A stretch of DNA of 64,000 nt from Polyangiaceae bacterium (GTDB taxonomy: Bacteria; Myxococcota_A; Polyangia; Polyangiales; Polyangiaceae): positions 882-64,881 of the forward strand of contig JBDTJC010000241.1 in the NCBI GenBank assembly GCA_039936055.1. Direction: 5' to 3'. Below, one piece after another: positions 52,907 through 60,473 of this stretch. A model generated the notes under the pieces. The model was not told the DNA's origin and made no database searches. It saw only the letters and a program-made list of their open reading frames with translations. The translations under genes and the position numbers were made by a program. Positions within the stretch are counted from its first letter, which is position 1; every line of letters begins with the position of its first letter.

Positions 52907-53043
52907 CAGGCTTTCGCTCGGGGCACCGAGCATTGGGAATAGTAGAGGAAATGCGCGCTGGCGGTTCGGAAAACGTAAAGATAGCGGCCTTGGCGCAGGT
53001 TCGCGCACGAAGGCCGGCGAAAGCCGCTACGCTGCCCACACGG

Positions 53044-53634
53044 ATGCCCGCTTCCAGCGCTGCTTGGTTCATTGACGGCGCCTACCTATTCAAGGTTTGG
53101 CAGAGCCTCAAGCGCGCGGATCGCCTCGACTACTTGAAGCTGCGTCTGTATCTGGAGAGCGCCTTCGGTGAAGGCATCGAGGATGCGTACTACTTCAACG
53201 CAGATCCGGATCCGACGGGGGCAAAGATGAGCGCCTTCCACAGTGCGCTCGCGTACCGCCCTCCGGACGGCCCCGGCATCCGCGTGAAGCTGTATTGGCT
53301 GCAGAAGAAGGCGCTGTTTTGGCCCGCCAGCTGGGGCGGTGGACCAGTGTTGCATCCGGAAACGTCCCGCCATTTCGAACTCGTGCAGCAGAAAGCGGTC
53401 GACGTCGGCTTGGCGTTTCACTTGATGCGCTCGCACGACCACCGCAAGTGGCGCACGCTATTTTTGGCCGCGGGAGACAGTGATTTTCACGAGGTGGTGC
53501 AGCACCTCGTCGAGAACGAAGACGTGAAGTTGATCCTGATTGGTAGCGACCAAACCATCAGCGGGGAGCTCTTGCCCTATGCGCGCGCGGTGGTGAAGAT
53601 TCGAGACATTGCGGACGAGCTCGCTCGCGTGTGA
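53044..53634 (+). CDS. NYN-domain (LabA/DUF88, PIN-like) putative nuclease
   Basis: FIDGAYL, YYF, QKAVDVGLA, AGDSDF..VV motifs with the acidic residues intact. Confidence 0.88.
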   Translation: MPASSAAWFIDGAYLFKVWQSLKRADRLDYLKLRLYLESAFGEGIEDAYYFNADPDPTGAKMSAFHSALAYRPPDGPGIRVKLYWLQKKALFWPASWGGGPVLHPETSRHFELVQQKAVDVGLAFHLMRSHDHRKWRTLFLAAGDSDFHEVVQHLVENEDVKLILIGSDQTISGELLPYARAVVKIRDIADELARV

Positions 53635-53833
53635 CGTGAGTTCGGCATGGCCCCACTCCTAGTAGGCAGGACCAACGCCGCACAGGGAGCCTGTGCTGCT
53701 CCAGGATCGACCAGGGGGCTCCAGCGGGCAAGGTTGCCCTCCCCTCAAGCTTACAATTATCCGCCCGGCCTCGAAGCCAAGGGGGGACATTCCGGTCCTC
53801 CTTCGAACCCAGCTCGGGTCGTGTAGACTCACG
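53635..53833 (+). ncRNA. Candidate 199-nt structured non-coding RNA
   Basis: Closing stem 53635-53653/53816-53833, second stem 53664-53673/53794-53802, inner hairpins 53680-53696, 53698-53719, 53726-53739, 53740-53787; G-U pairs favour the + strand. Confidence 0.55.
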
Positions 53834-53849
53834 CGGCCGGCGACGCACA

Positions 53850-54839
53850 ATGACCATCGAGCTGCTGATTCACGCGATCGTTCGGCAGACCACGATTCTG
53901 ATTGCCCAGCTGGCCACTTCGCGGGGAGTCCGCGCGCCGCTCGCGCACATCGCCAATCAGGTGTTCATGGATCTCGTGCGCGAGCTCGAGCGCCAGGGCG
54001 TCAGCCGGAAGGTGAGCGCAGACATGTTCGGCGTGGGCCTGCGTACCTATCGCCGGAAGATCCAGCGCCTGAACGAGAGCTCAACCGAGCGAGGCCGCTC
54101 GCTGTGGGAGGTGGTGCTGGAGTACATCAAGGCGAATGGCATGGTGACGCGCCTCGACGTTCTGACGCGCTTCACCCACGACGAGGAAGCGCAGGTTCGG
54201 GCGGTGCTGCATGACCTGGGCGAGAGCCACCTGATCTTCTCATCGGGTAAAGGCTCAAGCACATCGTACCGGGCTGCTTCGGACGACGAACTCGCGGTGC
54301 TTCGGCGGCGGCACGGCGGCGAGGGCGCGGACGAGCTGCTCGTCGCGCTGATGTACCGCGAGGGCCCACTCACCGCTGCCGAGATAGCCGACAAGGCGCA
54401 GACCGAGCTTGAGGGCATCGAAGTGACGCTCACGCGCCTGGTTGCCGGCGGCCTCATCGAGCGCCTCGAGCACGAAGGCGTGTGCCGCTACCGGGCCAGC
54501 GCGCTGGTCATTCCGTTGGGGGCTCCAGTCGGCTGGGAAGCGGCCGTCTTCGACCACTTCAAAGCACTCGTGACCACCATCCTCGGTCGCCTGAGCGAGG
54601 ACCGGACCGCGCTTGCTGATTCGGTCGGCGGGAGCACCTACACCATCGATGTCTGGCCCGGGCATCCGATGGCTGAAGAAGTGTACGGCACGCTGAGTCG
54701 CTTCCGCTCCTTGCTGGGCGACTTGCGCACGCGCGCGAGCGCGCTGAACGGTCCGGGTGAATTGCCGGAGCAGCACACGCGCGTCGTGATTTACCTGGGA
54801 CAGTGCCTGATCAATGAAGGTTCGGAACATGCTGAGTAA
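53850..54839 (+). CDS. Putative winged-helix regulator-like hypothetical protein
   Basis: HTH-like SRKVSADMFGVGLRTYRR plus further wHTH-like segments (GPLTAAEIA..L.RLV..GLIE); overlaps the next gene. Confidence 0.75.
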   Translation: MTIELLIHAIVRQTTILIAQLATSRGVRAPLAHIANQVFMDLVRELERQGVSRKVSADMFGVGLRTYRRKIQRLNESSTERGRSLWEVVLEYIKANGMVTRLDVLTRFTHDEEAQVRAVLHDLGESHLIFSSGKGSSTSYRAASDDELAVLRRRHGGEGADELLVALMYREGPLTAAEIADKAQTELEGIEVTLTRLVAGGLIERLEHEGVCRYRASALVIPLGAPVGWEAAVFDHFKALVTTILGRLSEDRTALADSVGGSTYTIDVWPGHPMAEEVYGTLSRFRSLLGDLRTRASALNGPGELPEQHTRVVIYLGQCLINEGSEHAE

Positions 54840-55914
54840 GACGAGGCGGTTCAACGCCGGTTCAGTGCGCAGGTTCATGCTGGTGCTCGGCGCGATCCTC
54901 TTGGCAGCCAGCTGTTCGACGCAGAAAGACGAGGAAATCGGCGGAGAAACGCACTTCCTCACGCGCTGCGCTGCTGACTCGAACTCGTGCGGTCCGGATC
55001 TGGTCTGCCTGTGCGGCGCCTGTACGCGGCCTTGTGCCGAACGCAGTGCGTGCGAGGGCTTTCCGGTTGCCGAGTGCGTCAACTCGTGCGGTCAGTCCCC
55101 AGCTAGCGCTCACTGTGACGTGCCTTGCGCGAGTGACGTCGATTGCAACGTGCTCTCGCCCGCCCATCGCTGCGATGCGGGCGTGTGCCGCGCGCAGTTG
55201 CCACCCACGAGCTCCGGAGCTGCGGGAGCGGCGGGAGCTGCGGGAGTTGTGGACGCCGGCGGCGCGGGAGCGGGGAGCGGCGGTGCCGCTGCTTGCGTGA
55301 TGGGCGCAGTGCCCCCGAATCAGCTGCTGCTAGTCGGTGATAGCTTCCTCGCGTCGAGTCATCAAATCACGGCGTATTTAGAAGATTTGGCGCGCAGCGC
55401 CGGCACGCTCGGTGCCGGCGAGCGCTACCGCGACAACTCGCGGTTGACCGCGAACGCGCTGGCCTTCGCTGGCAACGGCATCCACGACGAGTACCAGGCC
55501 GGGGTGACGGAAGCGCCGGTCAAGGTCGTGATCATGAACGGTGGCGGAGCCGACGTCTTGGCCAGCACCTGCGCGCCCAACGCAAGCTGCCCGCCGCTCG
55601 AGGCGGCTGCAGCGGCTGCTCGGGACCTGTTCGCGCAAATGGCTACCGACGGAGTTCAGCAAATCATTTATGCGTTTTATCCCGATCCGACGGATAGCTT
55701 AGTCCGGGCGCAAATGGATACGCTGAGACCGCTGGTGCAAAGTGCCTGCGCAGCGAGTCCGGTGCCCTGCGCCTGGCTTGACCTGCGCCCCACCTTCGCC
55801 GGGCACTACACGGATTACATCCAGGCGGATGGCCTGGACCCCACCGCCGCTGGCTCCCAAGCGAGCGCTGAAGCAATTGCAGCGTTGATGCGGGAGCAAT
55901 GCATCGCGCAGTGA
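54829..55914 (+). CDS. Cys-rich lipoprotein with an SGNH/GDSL-fold domain (catalytic His substituted)
   Basis: AASC lipobox; GDSF, MNGGGAD, DGLDP in place of DxxH. Confidence 0.8.
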   Translation: MLSKTRRFNAGSVRRFMLVLGAILLAASCSTQKDEEIGGETHFLTRCAADSNSCGPDLVCLCGACTRPCAERSACEGFPVAECVNSCGQSPASAHCDVPCASDVDCNVLSPAHRCDAGVCRAQLPPTSSGAAGAAGAAGVVDAGGAGAGSGGAAACVMGAVPPNQLLLVGDSFLASSHQITAYLEDLARSAGTLGAGERYRDNSRLTANALAFAGNGIHDEYQAGVTEAPVKVVIMNGGGADVLASTCAPNASCPPLEAAAAAARDLFAQMATDGVQQIIYAFYPDPTDSLVRAQMDTLRPLVQSACAASPVPCAWLDLRPTFAGHYTDYIQADGLDPTAAGSQASAEAIAALMREQCIAQ

Positions 55915-56038
55915 AAACTACGCTACTCGATAAGAGTGCGGTCTCCTGTTTGGGGTTCCCTGCGTGCCCAGTGCGGCGCAGGGAGAAATCCACGCGGGAC
56001 GCCCGAGCGCGTTTGCGGCAAAGGCTCCCGCACGTCGC

Positions 56039-57274
56039 TCACTGATCTCCGCTCGCGGGAGCGGTGCCCGCCAAGTCGCAGGTGAGCCGAATCAGGGACG
56101 TGGCGTGGTTCGAACCCAGCACGAATCGCGGTGCGATCACCGTCCCGTCTGCCGACTGAGCCGACGAATACCTCGTCAGACTCGGAACTTCGGTCATGCA
56201 CCAGCCAGGGTCGCAGCCTGCGCAGTCCAGGCGAGTGCGGCAGGCATCGAGCGCCGCCGCGGATAGCTGGCGGATCTCGCAATCTCGAACGGTCAGCGCG
56301 CCTTCGACGTGCGTGTGTGGTGTGCGGTTGCCCGTGCCATCCAATGGATCGAGCCAACCGATTTCGGTAGGGCAGGGCGCGGCTGCGTCGACTTCGCTCA
56401 TCGCCCTGCACTCGCTCTGGCCTCCGTCCGTGCCAACAACCGCGCTCGATGTGGGCACCCGCCCAAAGCAGTCCGAGTACACCACCGGCATCGGTTCGAC
56501 GGTCCCGCATGACCACAGTTCAGGTCGAACGCCGCCCTGTGCCGCTGCCCAGGTTGCAAAGCGCGGAGACGGAACGGAGCAAGTTTCGTCGAGCGGCGGC
56601 ACAATGGCACTGACGAGGAGCACTGAGTCGCTCTCCGAGAGTGCGTAGCTCTCCGCGCTGGCGGCACTCGCGTCCTCACTCGCGACAGCCAGGATGATTC
56701 CCGCCAGACCGCTGACGGGCAAGCTGGCCAGCAGCGCCAGCTCGGCCGAGTCTTTCGGGGCCTGCTGCCCCGAAAGCAGCCCGTTGATGCTCGACAGGGC
56801 TTCCAGCGGGCGAAATCCGCTGCGCGGGATGGGCACCGTCTCGAGCGCGTCTCGAACCGCCTGGACCCAGAGCAGTCGGTCGCTTTCCTGCTTGTGCTCG
56901 GACTGCCAACGCAACGCCGGTTTCTGGGCTGCTGACAGGAACCGCGCGTCACCTTGCTGCGAGGGGTAGACGACGATCAGCGAGCGATCGACGAACTCGT
57001 AGTCGGCTGGGTCCGCGGCCGAACCGCAAGAGCCAAGGCCCTCCTGGAGCGCGGCGTCGTACGCCGAAAAGGCGTCAGCGACCTGAGCACGCAAATCTGC
57101 GCCCATCGCGGTATCGTCAACGATCACAACCCACACCTCACCGCGCGGTGCGGAACGAGCTTGCACGCCGATGACTACCTGCGCACCAGAGGTTCCCGGC
57201 GGATCCCCCCAATTCGAGGACGACCCACACCCAAAGGCAAAAACGACGAACAACGAAACGCAAAGCACTCGCAC
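56039..57274 (-). CDS. Cys-containing hypothetical lipoprotein
   Basis: AFGC lipobox; VIVDD; Cys-rich C-terminus (CEI.QL, GWC). Confidence 0.75.
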   Translation of the reverse strand: MRVLCVSLFVVFAFGCGSSSNWGDPPGTSGAQVVIGVQARSAPRGEVWVVIVDDTAMGADLRAQVADAFSAYDAALQEGLGSCGSAADPADYEFVDRSLIVVYPSQQGDARFLSAAQKPALRWQSEHKQESDRLLWVQAVRDALETVPIPRSGFRPLEALSSINGLLSGQQAPKDSAELALLASLPVSGLAGIILAVASEDASAASAESYALSESDSVLLVSAIVPPLDETCSVPSPRFATWAAAQGGVRPELWSCGTVEPMPVVYSDCFGRVPTSSAVVGTDGGQSECRAMSEVDAAAPCPTEIGWLDPLDGTGNRTPHTHVEGALTVRDCEIRQLSAAALDACRTRLDCAGCDPGWCMTEVPSLTRYSSAQSADGTVIAPRFVLGSNHATSLIRLTCDLAGTAPASGDQ

Positions 57275-57384
57275 ACCGTCGCGCGAGCACTTTGCATGCC
57301 ACCCCAGAAGTGCCGTGAACCGCTCACGCTACCGCAAACAGCGTTGGCGCCTCGTGGCGCGTCGGACAACTCGGGTGGCCCCTC

Positions 57385-57528
57385 GTTCAGGCCGGGGTGC
57401 TGCGGGTTCGTTTGCAGCAAACCGAGGGCTTTGCGAACCGCCTTGAGCTGCCGATGCAGCCCCGCATCGGCTTCCAGCGCTGCAAGCTGGGCTTCCGCAG
57501 CGTCGGTCCGATCAAGTTCGAATGGCAC
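57385..57528 (-). pseudogene. Truncated RelE/ParE-like toxin (N-terminal ~48 aa)
   Basis: PFELDRTDAAEAQL..L....KAVRKALGLLQTNPQHPGLN; family-like sequence stops at the direct repeat; 9 nt downstream of an antitoxin-like ORF. Confidence 0.6.
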
Positions 57529-57537
57529 GAACGGAGA

Positions 57538-57723
57538 TCAGTCTTCGTCGTCGGTCGCGTACTTGGTGAAATCGCCCCACGGCTTGATCTCGCCGCGCTT
57601 CGCGCTTTCCAACCCGGCGTCGAGTGCAGCTCGCGCCTCGGGCGAGAGGGCGTCGCTTCGCTCATCCTGAGAAGCTTCAGGCCGCGGGGTTCGGCGGGGT
57701 TCGAGAGAAGCGGTATCGGACAT
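57538..57723 (-). CDS. Putative antitoxin (small, acidic C-terminus)
   Basis: PEARAALDAGLESAKRGEIKPWGDFTKYATDDED; AGAGG before ATG; directly upstream of the toxin remnant. Confidence 0.6.
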   Translation of the reverse strand: MSDTASLEPRRTPRPEASQDERSDALSPEARAALDAGLESAKRGEIKPWGDFTKYATDDED

Positions 57724-57798
57724 GCGTAACCTCTTGCACAAACCTAACACAGAAATGCCAATACGCTTATCGGATGCTAGGCCAGGGGAATTTAAGGC

Positions 57799-57834
57799 AT
57801 TTAGCGCGCCGCCCAATCGAGCCGCGCGCTAAAT
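57799..57834. promoter_or_regulatory. 11-bp inverted repeat upstream of the TA pair (operator or terminator)
   Basis: ATTTAGCGCGC (57799-57809) / GCGCGCTAAAT (57824-57834). Confidence 0.4.
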
Positions 57835-58608
57835 CATCCGTGGGGTCGCGCCGCAAAGTCCTTTAGGTGAGCGCCGGCACGCGGCCCTTCGCGGCAGTGC
57901 GCGCCGCCCCCGGAGGGCATCGCAAACCCGCGGACTCGCTAGCGCTGCGTGGCGAGAGGAGACGTTTTCGGGGCAGTGCGGGGGCAATGCCGGAGCCGAC
58001 CCAGCCGACTCCGCACTAGCCGAAGCGGTTGCACTCGCCGCGCGTGCCGCGCAGTGGACGACGGTCAAAAACGTGTCCCGCGAGCTGTCCGCGCGTCGCT
58101 TGGCGGTCCAGCCACCAGAGGTCGCACGTTGGAGGCGGAGCGCGCGCGCCGGGGGAAGTGACCGGGGGTCACCGAGCCGGGGCCGTTGGGCAGTGGGCCT
58201 CCCCGCTGAGATCCGAGGTGGACGAGGAGGACGAATAGACCAACCGACCCCGCTCGAAGTCCGCGGTTCATTTCTCGCCCTTGCTCAATATGAAGGAATA
58301 GACGCCATCAGACACTTCCTGGCGCTTGACGCTCCGCCGTCTTACGCCGGTCTGGTCGAATACGAGTGGGGCCTTTTCATCCAGAGAGAGGTCTATGTGC
58401 GTGACCCCGCACTCCTCCGTATCGCACTCAAGCTTCCAGAGAACCCGGCGGTGTATGGCCTCTACCGGTTCGGATTGTCGGTGAAGCGTACCGACTTCAG
58501 ACCACCAAGAACATGATCTCGACCATCGCCCCCGCATCGCCCCAGAGCCTTCGGGGAATAAATCCCCTCAGGTGGATCACAGCAATGAAAAGTCCAACGA
58601 GTCCGTGG

Positions 58609-58694
58609 TGGTGGCCCCTCCCGGACTCGAACCGGGATTCCATTGCTGGAGAGGGATTTTAAGTCCCCTGCGTCTGCCGTTCCGCCAAGGGGCC
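58609..58694 (-). tRNA. tRNA-Leu (anticodon UAA)
   Basis: GGCCCCT acceptor / AGGGGCC-A-CCA; D-arm TGGCGGAACGGCAGACGC; anticodon loop CT-TAA-AA; long variable arm; GGTTCGAGTCC T-loop. Confidence 0.96.
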
Positions 58695-58747
58695 ACGGCG
58701 GCATGAGTAGCGCGAGTTGCGGCGCGTCGCTAGCCCGTCTTGTGGCT

Positions 58748-59770
58748 TCAGGCGGAGCGCTTCGCTTCGGCCCAAGTGCCCGTGCCAACGAGCGTCGGAG
58801 AGGTCGAAAAGCCGTTGAATTGTAGTGGTAGCGCGTGCTCCAAAAATACGCCGGCTTCGACGTTGAATTCGAGTAGGCGCTCGGCGCCTTCGAAGGCGGC
58901 TAGGTCGGGGCCGTCCCAGAGGGTGGTGGCGGTGCCGGTGATGGAGAGCACGTTGCCGGTACTGAAGTCGGCGCAGACGATGCCTGCGTGGGGGTTGGCT
59001 TGCAGGTTGCCCAGGGTGTTGAACATGAAGTTGCCGCTGAAGTCGGGGATGAGCAGCGTGGTACGGCGCTCGCTGTGGGTCACGCGCACGAAGCCGGGGC
59101 GGCCGCCGCGGTGTGAGATGTCCACGCCTTCACCGTCGGCGCTACTGGTTGCGTTCGCGGAAGCCGTAGCGATGAAGAAGGTGTCCGTGTTGGCGAGCAG
59201 CGCGCTCGCGCGATCCGACAGGTGCGCGCGTTCCAACGCCGGTGCGGCGCCGGTTCCCACCAACGCCGCATCGAACGCGGGTTCGCGCGCTTGGATGTAT
59301 TGGTTGCAGTTGCCGAAGCTTTGCTCGACCTGCACCGTAAACGACGTTGCGTCACGCGCTACAACGCGCCCGTTTGCGCGATTGCGTCGGCGCGTTTCCA
59401 ATTGAATGCCGAGCACGCCCAACGGCGCGCCGATTTGTAGCTGATTCGCCAATGGGTCCCCGAGCACGGGCTGCGCGTGGATCACGAGTGCATTGTCCGT
59501 GGGTGAGCGCACGAAGCCCGGCGCGCCGCTGAGCAGCGAGGCCCAAACTTGACCTTCCGCGCCCAGGCTGCCCACGACAATTAGCGGCAATGCCTCGAAT
59601 AGCGCGCGAGATTGAGCCGGCATGTGCTCGCGGATCATGTTGCGCCCGGCGCGCTCCACTTGATCTCGCACGCCCACCAGCCGTTGCACGAACTGCTCAC
59701 CCGGGTGGAAGGGCGACGCTTCACGCTCCCAGCCGCGCGCGACGCGAGGACTGCGGCGCGCAGCGGTCAT
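58748..59770 (-). CDS. Pyridoxamine 5'-phosphate oxidase-family flavin-binding protein (tandem domain)
   Basis: PFH.GE..VQ, WASLL.G.PGF, TRRRNR.NG, SFGNC.QYIQ, DISHRGG.PGFV, PDF.GN..FNTLGN. Confidence 0.9.
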   Translation of the reverse strand: MTAARRSPRVARGWEREASPFHPGEQFVQRLVGVRDQVERAGRNMIREHMPAQSRALFEALPLIVVGSLGAEGQVWASLLSGAPGFVRSPTDNALVIHAQPVLGDPLANQLQIGAPLGVLGIQLETRRRNRANGRVVARDATSFTVQVEQSFGNCNQYIQAREPAFDAALVGTGAAPALERAHLSDRASALLANTDTFFIATASANATSSADGEGVDISHRGGRPGFVRVTHSERRTTLLIPDFSGNFMFNTLGNLQANPHAGIVCADFSTGNVLSITGTATTLWDGPDLAAFEGAERLLEFNVEAGVFLEHALPLQFNGFSTSPTLVGTGTWAEAKRSA

Positions 59771-60393
59771 GGTTTCGCCTCAGAGCGTTGCATCGGCACG
59801 AAGCCCGGCAATGCCTCGATGCGCGAGAGCCAGGCGCGTACGGCCGGGTACGCCTCCAACGAGACGTCACCCTCCGGAGCGTGCGCCGTATAGGTGTACA
59901 GCGCGATGTCGGCGAGAGTGGCGCTTTCCCCGACTAAGAACGCGCGCCGTGCGAGCTCTGCCTCCATGACGGTCAGCAGTTCGTGCGCTTTGCGCAGCGC
60001 GAGCGCGTGATCGAGCGGCGCGCCGAACACGCGGACGAGTCGCGCGTTGCACGGGCCTTCTTTGAGTTGCCCGGCCGCCACCGACAGCCAACGTTGCACC
60101 TCAGCGCGGCGCTCCGGCTCTTTCGGCCAGTAGCGATGCGCCTCATCAAAACGTTCCGCCAAGTAGATCAAAATCGCATTGCTGTCGGCCAGTACCACGC
60201 TGCCGTGCTCTAGCACCGGCACTTGCGCGAAGCGGTTCATCGCCAAGAACGCGGGCTGCTTGTGCTCCCCGTTCTTGAGGTCCACCGGGACCAACTCCAC
60301 CGGCACACCCAGCAGGGCTGCGCCGAGCTGCGCGCGATGCGCGTGGCCGGAAAGCGGGAACCAATGCAAACGAATCGGAGCCGGCTGAGTCAT
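59767..60393 (-). CDS. Glutathione S-transferase family protein
   Basis: SGHAHR, N...QVPVL, DSNAIL.YLA, TLADIA.Y.Y; ATGA overlap with the PNPOx-family gene. Confidence 0.92.
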   Translation of the reverse strand: MTQPAPIRLHWFPLSGHAHRAQLGAALLGVPVELVPVDLKNGEHKQPAFLAMNRFAQVPVLEHGSVVLADSNAILIYLAERFDEAHRYWPKEPERRAEVQRWLSVAAGQLKEGPCNARLVRVFGAPLDHALALRKAHELLTVMEAELARRAFLVGESATLADIALYTYTAHAPEGDVSLEAYPAVRAWLSRIEALPGFVPMQRSEAKP

Positions 60394-60452
60394 GTCCAGC
60401 AATTTGAGGCCCCCAGCAAGATGAAACAATGGGCGCCATTGACAACTGATAA

Positions 60453-60467
60453 TTCCAGTTTATGGAA
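60453..60467. promoter_or_regulatory. Probable LysR-type T-N11-A operator
   Basis: TTCCA-GTTTA-TGGAA dyad in the AT-rich divergent region between GST and LysR. Confidence 0.55.
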
Positions 60468-60473
60468 GAATCC

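Larger units (their letters stand above)
57374..58620. mobile_element. Degenerate tRNA-associated islet bounded by an 11-bp direct repeat
   Basis: GGTGGCCCCTC at 57374-57384 and at 58610-58620 (tRNA 3' end); encloses a TA remnant and lower-GC DNA; no integrase. Confidence 0.5.

Noticed and set aside
53635-53833. SRP RNA, RNase P RNA, tmRNA or HDV-like ribozyme
   Set aside because: No SRP helix-8 motif, no GAGGAAAGTCC and no tRNA-like ends; GGCATGGCCCC resembles HDV only superficially. 6S could be neither confirmed nor excluded, and the usual zapA/ygfA context is absent.
58606-58611. Genomic CCACCA at the tRNA 3' end
   Set aside because: One extra triplet is easily chance, and normal 3' trimming would give a standard CCA end.
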